Source of the DNA: Schizochytrium sp. TIO01
Taxonomy: Eukaryota; Protista; Bigyra: Labyrinthulomycetes
Assembly: GCA_004764695.1 (NCBI GenBank)
Contig: SMSO01000032.1
Location: 6,790,483-6,854,482 of the forward strand
Length of the DNA: 64,000 nucleotides
Direction of reading: 5' to 3'
Position 1 is the first letter of the stretch. Each line of letters starts with the position of its first letter. This document shows, piece by piece, positions 11,711-22,904 of the stretch. Below the pieces are notes generated by a model. That model saw only the letters and a list, made by a program, of their open reading frames with translations, was not told where the DNA came from and searched no databases. The position numbers and the translations under genes were made by a program.

Positions 11711-12796
11711 TCTCCTGCGCCTTGTGGGGTCTTCTCGAGGCTTCTGAGGCGGGAATCCTTCGCACCTCCTTCGTCGCCCTCTTCGCCTTCAAATAAGGAG
11801 TTCGTTCTCTGCGCCACTTTCGATCACTAAGAAGGAAAGAAATAAATAAGAACGGACTCCATAGAACTTCGAAAACGCGACGGTTTCCGACGAAGAGAGA
11901 GGCCTCTTCGTCCTTCTACTGCCATTACCGTTCAGGTTTTGTGGAGCAGCGCAAGCACGACCCATAAATGCAGGCTCTGAAGGAGGAGCAGTACGCACGC
12001 TGTTGAATGAAAGTAGACGGTGATGATCGATCCGAAAGAAGGAACACGGAGAGGATATCTATCATCGATCCAGAGAAGCAGTGGACCCAGAGAAAGAGAA
12101 AAAGAACAGGAGGCCTGGCGTTTATGCTATGCAGGGACTATAGGTGACACAAGGCGGGAGTCCTGCATGCGTGCTGTGCTTTGATAGTTAGTTATCTTTG
12201 CTTTGGGTCGCTTCGAACATGTCGGAAAAGGGTGAAAGCGCGGCGAAGCGGCTTGCTTCGAGCTCCTTAGCTAGCTAGCTCAGTCTGCCTCAGGGCTCTA
12301 CGTGAGTACAACCAATCTATCTATGGACGTACCTGTCGCTGCATCAATCTGCCAACGAAGGAGTTGCAAACCGACCTGAGGAAGGAAAGTATTGAAGACT
12401 TTTATGCTCATTTGTTTTTTTAAAGTTCAAGTTGTTCTGTGAAAGAAAGAAGGAAAAACGTTTTAAACGCTTTGAAAAATGCACATGGCTACTCCTATGA
12501 TAAATAGATACAAAAATACATGACTGTGGTTCTTCCGAGACTGGCAGATAGATCTCTCGCTGGAGCCGGCTGGCTATCCTTCAAAAGCAGTCAGTCAGTC
12601 AGTCAGTCAGTCAATCAAGCAAGCAAGCGAGCGAGCAGCCAAGAAAGCCAACCATCCACAGCCGCTCCACCGCTACCTAAAGCAGCTCTCTGTGTCTCCA
12701 CCGCATTCTCGCATTCCCTCTTTCTGCATTTCTTCTTTCAGTGCTTTGCATACATGAATTAATCAATTAATCAAATCAAAGAATCTAATTAAAATC

Positions 12797-12883
12797 GAAT
12801 GAATGAATGAATGAATGAATGAATGAATGAATGAATGAATGAATGAATGAATGAATCATAGAATCTCTCTCTCTCTCTCTCTG
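12797..12883. repeat. (GAAT)n followed by (CT)n microsatellite
   Basis: Direct reading. Confidence 0.95.
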
Positions 12884-13080
12884 TCTCCCATATCTGTGCT
12901 CCAAAAGGCGGCAAAACCCTCTTGAGGACCAAAGCTGCGAGCAGAGGCGCGAGATGGGCCTCCTTTCCGCGAAAGCGCGAGCGGCCTGGCGAAGCCGAAC
13001 GCAACTGCGGCGTCGAAGCAGCAGAGCTGACCACCCGTTCAACTAACTGGCTGACTGAGAGACAGCCAGAGACGGATATA

Positions 13081-13200
13081 GACAGAGAAACAGACAGAGA
13101 AATAGACAGAGAAATAGACAGAGAAATAGGCAGAGAAATAGACAGAGAAATAGACAGAGGAACAGAGAGACTGACTGAGTGATTGATTGATTGATTGATT
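13081..13200. repeat. 12-bp minisatellite (GACAGAGAAATA)~6-7 followed by (GACT)n/(GATT)n
   Basis: Direct reading. Confidence 0.9.
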
Positions 13201-13404
13201 GGCGAACTCGCGAGAGCTGAGGACGAGAAGTGGAGGGAGAGGAAACGCGAGATCGCAGCGGATTAGGGGAGAAAGCAGACGAAGAAGAAGAAGATCACGC
13301 ACCATCGGAATACTGCGGAGTAGTTGATCACTTCTGCTTGCTCGAGAGGAGCGAGGACTTTTATCAGATGCGGGTTATTTCTGCCTATTTTGATCATTAA
13401 TTTA

Positions 13405-13478
13405 TAAATGAATAAATGAATGAATAAATGAATGAATAAATGAATAAATAAATGAATAAATAAATGAATAAATAAATG
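13405..13478. repeat. Compound (GAAT)/(AAAT) microsatellite
   Basis: Direct reading. Confidence 0.9.
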
Positions 13479-15180
13479 ATGGGAATAGGTATCCTAGACC
13501 ATGATAATGATGCGCTCCAGAGGCTCTTTGGAATGAAAAGAAGCTCTCTCTCGCCGTGATGAATTTGTTTTAAAAGAAAAGACACGAACTACTTCCGCAT
13601 TATAAGCATTTTCCGTTTTTTCATTTTGTTTTTAAGTTTTGTAGGAATCTTAGAGATAAGAAATTGGAAAATGGCTACAGAAAGAAAAAGGAAGGAAGGT
13701 ACCTACCTACCTAGGCTCTACTCCTAAGATGCTGCTACCCCTGAAAGCAGCTTGCTTGGGAACACGGAAAGAATAAAGGTATACTAAAGAGCACGTAACT
13801 GCTCCTATGCGAAGATGAGGTTTTATGAACAAAGGGAAAAGAATGTGAAACTGAGAGAGCAAAAGTGAGAAGGCATCGTCATGCGTGAATGAATTGAGAA
13901 AAAGTTGATTCTGCTTGAAAACCCTCTCATTCATGCCGCAACTAAAGGCACTTACTTACTTCGGTACTTCTCGAACGATGGTGATGGAAATGGCAGACAG
14001 ATGAGAAGCTTTTGCTCTCTGTAGATAGATAGATACAACGCACCCACGCGTCTCCACATCAACTTGTATGAAGCTGTGCCCGGAGCTCATCGCAACGCGG
14101 GGCGTAGGAGTAGGACTAGGCCCGCCAGTCCTTCCTCTCCGTCCTAGCTTTAACCCTAGCCAGTACCTACCGGGGGCTGGCTTCGAGCTCTGTAGTAGAA
14201 ATAACATTTTGCCGGGTATCATTATCTTTATACTTTAATTCATTTTTTATTCAAAATTAAAAACAAACTTCAAACAAAAGGTATTTAGTTCCTAAAACCT
14301 TTTTTTCTTCTCTTTCTACGATTGGAATGAACGAAATCAATCTCAGGAAAAGTTAGAAAGTGGGGAGAAAAGGAAGGGCCTACAGTATACCCTATAAGGG
14401 CGCTACCCCTGCTACCCTGCCATACTACAGGTACTTATATCTCTCCATATATACCTCTATCTCTCTTTCTTAATAGGAGTCCGCTAGCAGCCTCAGTCCT
14501 AGCGTTAGCGCTAGTCCCCTTCACTACTGGCTATAACAAAAGTTGTTGCCTTATGTGGCAGCACTCCGAAGAAGGCCAGGCCGGCCAGCCAGCACGTAAA
14601 GAGAAGGGGCCGCGGCCGCTGCTGCAAATGGGTTTCGCTGCTGTGGCAGAGGGAAAAGCTGGGGCCGCCCCCCCTCTTCACGCGTATCGAGGCTCGAATG
14701 ACACGCGTGCAGAGATGATACAAAGTACCTCCCTAGTAAGTTAGTTAGTTAGTTGGTTATTATTACATAGATAGATCTATAGATAGATTAAGAGACAGAT
14801 AGATAGCCAAAGTGAGGTAGTTTTGTGAACTTAGTGTTCTCTTCTCTAACGATTCGTTCTCTTAGAGCGGAGGGTGGTAGGCGAGGGGCTAGCGATAATG
14901 CTAGCAGTGCGGTATGTGTTTATTGGGGGATGACCTCCCTTACTCTGATTACCCCTGTTGTGACAAACTCACCATTTGAAACACGCGAGCGAGGAAGTCC
15001 TACTATGGGCTATGTGGCAATAGCAGCATGAAAGCACTGTGGAGAAGAAAAGTTTATCGTCACTGTTTTAATCTGATTGATCGTCTTTTTACTCTCTTTT
15101 ATTCTGAAAAATGCTTATTTGTCTGATTCTTTTTTTTATTTAATAATAAATAAGTAAAAATTGGAATATAATGAAGGAAC

Positions 15181-15183
15181 AAA

Positions 15184-15222
<39 letters not shown>

Positions 15223-15225
15223 ATA
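15181..15225. repeat. (AAAT)n microsatellite
   Basis: Direct reading. Confidence 0.95.
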
Positions 15226-15280
15226 GTTTCTTTGGTTTGCTTTTGCTCTGAAAAGGAGAGAGAGAAAGAAAGAGGTGGCA

Positions 15281-15470
15281 GTCATTCAACTACTCGCGCG
15301 GCGGAGGTCGCGCAGGTGGTGGCGAGGTCGCGGAGGTCGCGGCGAGTCGTTCTTAAGGAAAGGTAGGTCGTGCTGTGGTGACCGCCAGGTGCTGTAAAAA
15401 CCCGCAGCGTTCGACCGCGCGCCCGCTGAGCGCTGCTCCCGTCGCTCCGCTCTCGCATCGGCAACCACAG
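15281..15470 (+). promoter_or_regulatory. GC-rich candidate promoter of the PP2C gene with repeated AGGTCGCG motif
   Basis: CpG-rich island between an (AAAT)n tract and a pyrimidine-rich leader. AGGTCGCG occurs three times within 15305-15342; TCATTC initiator-like element at 15282. Confidence 0.35.
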
Positions 15471-15777
15471 ACACTCCTCCTTTCTTTCTTCATTGTTTCT
15501 TTCCTTCTTTCTCTCTTTTGGTGTTTTGTGTTATTCTCGTCTCTCCCTCTCTCTCGTTTCGTTCTTTGTAGAAGGGTTGTTGTGCTTTGAGCTGTTTGGC
15601 TTTCGTCTTCCTTTGCAAATCACGTTGCTGAAGTCTCAGCGGGGCCTTCTTCTTACCGTTCCCGAGGAGCACAGAACGCTGCTTGTTGTCTAGGCAAGCA
15701 AAGAAAGCAAATTAACTAGCGAATCCCTTGGGCCGCCGGCGTGAATCTGCAGAACACATACAGTCATAAAGAGGAAG

Positions 15778-15865
15778 GTGAGCTTAGCGAGCTAGCCAGC
15801 CAGCCAGCCGACGAACGACCATATTTCATCTGTACCTGTCACTTCGGTAAATCTAATCGCTGCAG
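15778..15865 (+). other. Probable 5'-UTR intron (88 nt) of the PP2C gene
   Basis: AAG|GTGAGC donor, CTAAT branch-point-like site at 15853-15857, TGCAG| acceptor 25 nt upstream of the ATG; similar in size to the TMEM42 intron. Confidence 0.6.
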
Positions 15866-15890
15866 TGGAAAGCTATCGATCTCGTCCAAA

Positions 15891-17936
15891 ATGCCTCTGT
15901 TCAAGGCAGCCGGAAGGCGCTGCACTGCCGCCGCCTCTTCACGTAAGCCGTGCTCGCGCCGCGGGTCCTCAGTCCAGTCCTGCGAGACTCGTCGTGACAA
16001 ATGTAAACGCACGCACTTTGCCGCTGACCCCTCCGGCCACAGAGTTGTTCTCAATGTAGGTCCTCGTCCCGCAGTTTGCGCTAGTGACTTTGAAGCACGC
16101 AGGTCCTCATCCTCAACGTCGGGCTTTTCATCCTCATCACAATCCTCAACTAATTCTTCATCATCTTCATCGTGGACATGGTCTCACGGCACCAGTGGAG
16201 GCGCTGGGGCATACTCTTCGTCCTCATGGACTGACGGCGAGCGTGTGGCAGCCTTTGCAGCAGCAGGGGCCCTCGTGTGCGTAGCTGCGCTAGGGAGCGT
16301 GGCCCAGGCTAAGGATGTCTCTCGCGAGCGTGGCCCCGCTGCCGTTGCCAGCATGCTCCAGTACCCTGCTAACCGGCCCATTGAGGATCGCACACACATG
16401 GAACGACTTGCTAACGGAGCGTGGTGGTTCTCGGTCTTCGATGGTCATGGAGGCTGGCAATGCTCTGATTATGCAAGTAAGAACCTCCATGTGAATGTCG
16501 AGCACGCCATCTCGAACCACCTTGGTGAGTCGCCTGGTGGATCAGAGTCTTACGAGGGTCACATCGATAGGCGCCTTGTAACAAGGGCGCTTAAGTCAGC
16601 TTTTGAACGCACCGACCGCCAGTACATGGTGAAGGTTTTCGGCGCTTTCGAGCTTGGCTTTGGACGCGACACAAGAGCAGGGTCTTGCGCCCTGGGCACG
16701 CTTGTCATTGATGGAATGCTCTTCGTGGCAAATGCAGGAGACTCGCGAGCGGTACTTGCTGTAAACCGAGAGAGCTTCGAACTATCAACCTCCGGAGCGG
16801 GAGCACAGCTTCACAAAAGAACTGCATCCAGAGGAGGACAACAACAGTCTGCAGAAGCCGAAGTAGATATGCATGACTGGAACATTGAAGAACTTCTTGG
16901 AGCAGCCGCAGTTCGAGACAGTATTGGGGAAGACCTCAGCCCAGCAATGGCAGAGGCGTTGAGGGCCAAACTGCTTAACCAGATTTATGAAATGCGTAAA
17001 TCTGGCAAAGCTGACGATGACGACCAGCTGCCAACGGAGATCAGCCGAGAGGCACTCTCAAGAGAAGCAGCGTCAATTCTGAAGAGTCATCAACAAAGGG
17101 CTGGAGAAAGACCTGCTCATGCCCCTTCGGGTGCTGAGAAAAGTACCCCAGAATCTTCCGGAAATGCCGTGGGGAACAACGGATCCGGCAATACTTCACA
17201 CCAGCACGCATCTTCCCAGCACCAGGTGGCTGGCCAGAGCACAGCGGGAGGAAGCTCAAGATTTGTGAATGCTGTGAGGTTGCTCACTGGCGGCAAGAAC
17301 TCCGGAGCTGAGGAAGTACCGGAGTCTGCAGCACAAGACTCACGATTTGTGGCTCTTGACATGAGTAACGATCACAATTGCCGTGAGGTGCACGAGAGAG
17401 AATTGCTGGAGCGAGCCCATCCTAATGAAAAGGACGTTGTCGTTTGCCGCGTCAACAACCCAGATCAATGTTACATCAAGGGCAAACTCCAGCCAACACG
17501 AGCTTTCGGAGACTTTTATCTCAAGTATGCCGAGTTCATGCGCGGCGCAGAGGAAGATGCCGCAGCTGGCCGATATGTGCCACCACCGTACACACCACCA
17601 TACATCACTGCCACACCCGAAGTTCAGGTTCGAACTTTGCGCAAGGGCGTTGATGAGTTCTTGATTATGGCCACTGACGGTTTGTGGGACCTGGTCTCCA
17701 GTCAGGAAGCTGTCGACATTGCTGGTCGCGAGTTGAGGCGCCCCGGTGGCACTTCTGAAAGCGCTGGCGAAGAGCTCATTGAGGAGGCTCTTCGCAGAGC
17801 TGCTCGCAATGCTGGTCAATCTGTGGCACAGCTCAAGGCTCTCAAAATGGGACGAGCTCGTCGCTCCAAGCACGATGACATTAGCGTTATTGTTATTGAC
17901 TTGGCGCGCCTTGTAGAGATGCACTATTGGGGATGA
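15891..17936 (+). CDS. PP2C/PPM phosphatase, pyruvate dehydrogenase phosphatase (PDP/Ptc5)-like, probably mitochondrial
   Basis: First ATG at 15891 (the track starts at GTG 15741). Motifs YPANRPIEDR, VFDGHGG, VANAGDSRAVL, SNDHN, GKLQPTRAFGD, PPYITATPEV, FLIMATDGLWD, HDDISVIVI. Arg/Ser/Ala-rich N-terminus followed by one hydrophobic helix. Confidence 0.93.
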   Translation: MPLFKAAGRRCTAAASSRKPCSRRGSSVQSCETRRDKCKRTHFAADPSGHRVVLNVGPRPAVCASDFEARRSSSSTSGFSSSSQSSTNSSSSSSWTWSHGTSGGAGAYSSSSWTDGERVAAFAAAGALVCVAALGSVAQAKDVSRERGPAAVASMLQYPANRPIEDRTHMERLANGAWWFSVFDGHGGWQCSDYASKNLHVNVEHAISNHLGESPGGSESYEGHIDRRLVTRALKSAFERTDRQYMVKVFGAFELGFGRDTRAGSCALGTLVIDGMLFVANAGDSRAVLAVNRESFELSTSGAGAQLHKRTASRGGQQQSAEAEVDMHDWNIEELLGAAAVRDSIGEDLSPAMAEALRAKLLNQIYEMRKSGKADDDDQLPTEISREALSREAASILKSHQQRAGERPAHAPSGAEKSTPESSGNAVGNNGSGNTSHQHASSQHQVAGQSTAGGSSRFVNAVRLLTGGKNSGAEEVPESAAQDSRFVALDMSNDHNCREVHERELLERAHPNEKDVVVCRVNNPDQCYIKGKLQPTRAFGDFYLKYAEFMRGAEEDAAAGRYVPPPYTPPYITATPEVQVRTLRKGVDEFLIMATDGLWDLVSSQEAVDIAGRELRRPGGTSESAGEELIEEALRRAARNAGQSVAQLKALKMGRARRSKHDDISVIVIDLARLVEMHYWG

Positions 17937-18759
17937 AACTAAATGGTGTAGTTTTAATTGACGATGAGCACAAAAGAAAAAGAAAGAAAGAAAAGACTGT
18001 AAGTCGGTTCATTTGATTTTTATTCGACTAAAATGACAATGTAATATCGATTAAAATCTCAATGATGGTGATACTGAGCATTAACAAATCATCATTCTTG
18101 GGGCAAAGCAAAAACGTCGACTGTACTGAGCCGTCTGGCATTTATGCATGCTTCAAATGGCTCATGCCTGTTCAAAATTAAACAAACAATCCTTTACCTC
18201 CAACATGATCAACGATTGTGAATGAGACAGTCAGGAAAACACTGTTTCATACTATCAAACCCCCGTTGTCTTTATGCCTGGAAGTATACAGAATAGAAGG
18301 CGGTCGTCTCAGCAAAAAAGGACAGGTCCCAAACTGCCCAACTACCTACCCTATCTAATCCTATCTACTACTCACTCCTCTTTTCAACGTTAGTAATTTT
18401 ATTGTACGGTTATAATACCAACATTTTCTTAAGTATTCGCTTGTGTGGTGTTGTTTTACCTTTTTATGGTACCAAATCTTCCTTATCGCTTGTGTATTTT
18501 GAAATTTACACCAAAGAACACTGGGTGCTCCTATACAGTACCCCACTTTGGCAATAAAGGTAAAAAGATGAGCAGTTTCAATCTTGAAAAGACAGTTTGC
18601 ATTCGTTTGTAACTTTTGTCCAGAAAAAACGAGAAAGGAAGGTATTCATGGAAATAAGATAATGAAACAATGAGGTAATATGTGAAAATGAAACCTGTAC
18701 TTTCACCCAAAGTACAGATTGAGCAAGTTTTAATAACACATGAAACATCATTACTGCGA

Positions 18760-20030
18760 TTTCCCAATGGTCGCCCCGCAGAATCCCTGACGATCTAGTT
18801 TTGAAATGCATAATAGACGTTCACCCAGTCCCATATTTTTTAATACTTTGTTGTACAAACTTTCACAATTCTAAATTGTCTTAGAAGAGTAGCATTGGAT
18901 TTGCTGGTCCTTTGCAGAGACTACCCTACCTCGTCATGAATACTTTGAAGTAACTCAACGTCGTTCAGGTTTGTTTCTTTGTCAAGAAACTTTTCGTCTT
19001 CAGCAGCACTTTTTTGGCGTTACCCAAAACATGATAGCGTATTTACATTTAACATGCTTTCAGCCTGAAATTTCCTTGGAAAGAATTGATTCATGGAACA
19101 CGTATCGGTTATGTGTTTGACATGACAGAGTGCTTTGAGCTGCGAAACCTCGCTGATTCGATTATCCAACAATGACATAATATCTTGCGATGAGTGTACA
19201 TATCAGTAAGGATGTAACCCCTTCTTAGATTGCTAAAATCTTGATGCATAGGTCGTTACAGGCTGGGGAGTAAAACCTGTATCGGAGGTACTTGAGCTCG
19301 AAGGTTACAAAAACTTTACTCTATGACCAGTTTCGATTAATTGGTATAAATACAACGTAGGCGGAGTCACTATATTGAATACTGGAAGACTTGCATGTAG
19401 AAGTTTCAATGATTAAAGGACTCAATTGTTTTATACCTTGCGATCCGCAAAGTAAAACTGATAACCATCACGAATGCAAGAGTGAGTCAGGAGATTATTT
19501 TGGTCTAACGGGTCCATTCTGACTTGCTGAGGCTAACTAAACATTTTATCTTTGAGAATTTTTTGATGAGAGCCAGTCTTGCAGCAAAATCAGTGATTGT
19601 TATAGCGTGAAGAAGAAGTTCAATTTTTTCTGAAAAGCTTATCATGTCTTACAAGCTGTTTTCTTCAGAGCACCATAGAAATGGATAGGTGGATTCTACG
19701 AATTTGATATTTCATTTGGAAACGGACCTGCAAACGTACTGCAATCCTTTTGAAGTCGTTTCCTAGGCCTAACAGCCAGGCGTGATTTGCGTAAGTATGT
19801 TAGCCAAATCTCATTTCGCATTGCTTACGGTTAAATTTGAAACGATCTTCGTTATAACCCTCACGCACAAGTAATTCAATGTTACTGGTGAGGCTATGTT
19901 GCCGATTTTATTCATGCCACGGGCAGGAGTTTTGACATTCTACTTATTGCTTATTCACAGGAGGCGGGAAATCTTTGAGTAATAAGGGTGTTAAACTTAT
20001 CGCTTGCTAGATGTGTAAAACATTCTCTCA
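18760..20030 (+). pseudogene. Decayed F-box/leucine-rich-repeat gene relic
   Basis: Manual translation gives RRIPDDLVLKCII (18777-18815, F-box-like) followed by LRR-like fragments EVLELEGYKNFT (19285), LEDLHV (19383), NLK/DLRYN (19834-19858) and IRVLNLSLARCVK (19982), separated by stops and frameshifts. Confidence 0.38.
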
Positions 20031-21068
20031 TGAGACAGAAAAGCCGAGGCGGTTATGATCTATAACTGCTTTCGTCAGGTTTTCCTTGCCATTTACGTCC
20101 AATGCACCTGGTCGCCTCAACGATTTTCATACATCAGGAGAACATTTGCGCATTGAGCTAGCATTAATATCAGGATACTTCTTGAGCATATGCAAGGCGG
20201 TCCTTGTTCCATAAGATGTTGCTGCGTTCCACATGTTCCTGCCCTCCAACGCTTTCTTTCTTTCTTTCTCTTTATTGGTCGTTCTTTTCCTTCTTTTCTG
20301 TCGGATGTCCACCGACTGTAAAGCTCCTATTGTTTACGCTATATCCTCTGTAGCATTCTCTCCCCAACGCAACCAGCCTTCTCCAGCTAGTCATCATAGC
20401 TTACGGTACTCGCTAGAGAGCTCTTAGTCCAATGTTGCCTCCTTTTCAAGTGGGTACGGGAAATCCCGCCAACCATGGCTGCTTGGGCACAACTGAGTTA
20501 TAGGATGGAGTGAAAGTAGAGAATAGAAACATAATTCACTTGTAGGGAAGGATACTTCACTTGTGTTGGGCCTTAAAGTAAATAGGAGGAACGTGAGAAC
20601 ACGGGAGAAGCGAAAACACAAAGACAGAGAGAGAGAGAGAGAGAGAGAAAGAAGCTTGACGAGAAACAATCAAAAGTTGAGTGCAGAGCTCGACTCGCAA
20701 CAGATACTGATTAAGTACCTGGTGCTTGCGCCGTCGTGGGCGGATAGCGTGTTGGTCGCTTTATAAGCTTCGACGCCAGTGCTTCTCGTCGACGACATCC
20801 TTCTTGAGTGGGCTCGCGAAGGATCTTTCGATCGCGAGCGATCCAACGGCGTCTCCTGTTTCTTTTGACGCTACTGATAAGATCTTCAGGCTTGCCTTGT
20901 GGAGCTAGGGCCAGATCAGACGGAAGGCTTTGTGCTAATAGCACTTGCCACTTTGCTGACTCAAGCGGTCTAATCTCGAGGTTTCTTCGTGTTTGTTTAA
21001 TCTTTTGATTTCGTATCCGCTTTCATCTTGTTCAAGTGACATATCTAAGCATACACGTAAAGTTTGCG

Positions 21069-21099
21069 CATTGACGAAATATACATTGACGAAATATAC
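21069..21099. repeat. 15-bp tandem duplication upstream of the eIF4E gene
   Basis: CATTGACGAAATATA x2. Confidence 0.9.
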
Positions 21100-21211
21100 G
21101 CTGGATCGTCTGATTGTCTTGGGAAAAGGCGATCACTGATTTCAAAACTTAAGATAGAACTACTGGAATATCCTTGGTTGTAAAAAAGACCAAACAAACT
21201 TTTTTAGGAAA

Positions 21212-21940
21212 ATGGACCCTACGCCTGTGCAGCTGCCGCCCTACCCTGGTGAACATGCGCTCCAAGGCAAATTCTGCTTTTGGTTCATGCAGAGGGACAA
21301 CACAAACCGCACAGCCCAGGCTGCTGAGGAGTATGAGAAGAGCATTAAGCCCATTGCAAGTTTTGAGACAGTAGAGGGCTTCTTCAAAGTATACAATTAC
21401 TTGTCCAAGCCTAGCAACATTAGCGTATCTACTGAAATTCATTTGTTCAGAAACAACATCAAGCCCATATGGGAGGCTCGTGAGAATCAGCGTGGAGGTA
21501 AGGTCATTCTGCGTCTTGTCAAGGGCCTGACCAACCTTGTTTGGGAGCAACTTCTCCTGGCTCTTGTGGGTGAGCAGTTCGAGGTTGGTGATGAAATCAC
21601 AGGTGTTGTGCTTTCCATTCGCCCTCACGAGGATGTTATCTCCATCTGGAACCGTACCTCAGATGACAACTTTCTCATTAACAAAATCCGTGAGAATCTT
21701 AAGCGTGTCTTGGACCTTCCCAACTTCGTTCGTCTCGAGTACAAGAGCCATGCCAAGGGCATGCGCCCTCCTCGAGGTGCCAACTCTGAGCACCGTGGTG
21801 ACCACCACCGCACGAGCCACAACAGCCACAGCAGTGATCGTTCCGGCGAGCGATCTACTAACTCGGGACCCGGAGCACCTGCTGTCACAACTGCTCCCTC
21901 AGCCGGACGCCAAGGCGGTGCAAGTGCCTGGCGCTTTTAA
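21212..21940 (+). CDS. EIF4E2: Translation initiation factor 4E family, class II (eIF4E2/4EHP/nCBP-like)
   Basis: HALQGKFCFWF, YEKSIKPIASFETVEGFF, HLFRNNIKPIWE, GGK, WEQLLLALVGEQFEVGDEITGVVLSIRPHEDVISIWN, LEYKSH. Aromatic non-Trp residues at the W43 and W56 positions indicate class II. Confidence 0.92.
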   Translation: MDPTPVQLPPYPGEHALQGKFCFWFMQRDNTNRTAQAAEEYEKSIKPIASFETVEGFFKVYNYLSKPSNISVSTEIHLFRNNIKPIWEARENQRGGKVILRLVKGLTNLVWEQLLLALVGEQFEVGDEITGVVLSIRPHEDVISIWNRTSDDNFLINKIRENLKRVLDLPNFVRLEYKSHAKGMRPPRGANSEHRGDHHRTSHNSHSSDRSGERSTNSGPGAPAVTTAPSAGRQGGASAWRF

Positions 21941-22904
21941 AGCAGAGCGGTGCTTCAAAGCATCGATCGGTCATGCATAAAGAGACCTTGCGTGATTTTG
22001 ATTTAGGGTCTGAGTGTGCCCTTTGTTCGCTTTCTCTTTTGGCTGTCAACGCTCGTCGAACGTGAACCTGGATATTTTCGTAAGGAATAGACGCCGAGCG
22101 TTTGCTCAGTTTGACATTTAGCAAACCTGTTTCCTCAACAGAAAAAAAAAAAAAAAAAAAAAAGCACCGCGCGCAGGTCAGCAATGACATGGTGAAAGCT
22201 TCACTTTCTTCCTCTTACAGTTCAGGTGAAGTGACTAGTATCCCTGCAGGTTCCTTTGTACTTCACTCGTCTAGGAGGACTGTAAATCGCGCATCTATAA
22301 AACCAAGAAAAGAATGGTTGGCTTGGGGCTGCTTTGAACGCAAGACCACAAATTTGGAGAGTAACTATCATGCGAACTTTTGCGAGCTCACGTGATTGTG
22401 CAATTTATGCGCAGTACGTCGCCCCGTCTAAGACAAAGGAATTTCCTATTTGAATACACACTAGTGAAATGTTGCCTTCAACGGTTCCTACCACACAACA
22501 ACCAAATTTAAAAAAATGCTTATCAAGAGTTACTTACCGATTGCCATCCTCGTCAACAACATCAACAACGAAACTATTAAAATAAACTTTTAAAAAATGA
22601 TCAGATTCCACACTTAGAAATCAATCTCCATTCACTATTTTTATATGTTATGAAGTCTCATATGAGGAATCAATCCTTGACATGTTCTAAGGTATTTTCA
22701 AGAAGTATCGAATTTAATCAAAAAGCGAAATTGAATTATCTGAAAGCGTATGCCACCTTTGAAAGATGAAAAATTTACACAAGGGTACCGCGGGAAGTCC
22801 TCACGAGGCACAATGTCAAAACTGTCTTGATTTCCTACATTGGCTGTCAGGCAAAGATGGTTATGGCGTGTAGAGAAAAGCTTTTGCTACCTAAAGGGAA
22901 ATCA

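Noticed and set aside
15741-15890. GTG/TTG starts in the ORF track (82, 15741, 25415, 29175)
   Set aside because: The sequence is eukaryotic, so first in-frame ATGs were used; 15778-15865 also looks like an intron.
20980-21207. 5'-UTR intron of the eIF4E gene (TTTTTAG|GAAAATG acceptor)
   Set aside because: The acceptor is plausible but no convincing donor or branch point could be assigned.
22142-22163. A22 tract after the eIF4E gene as a retrocopy poly(A) tail
   Set aside because: No target-site duplication seen, most genes here are intronless anyway, and homopolymers are common in this window.
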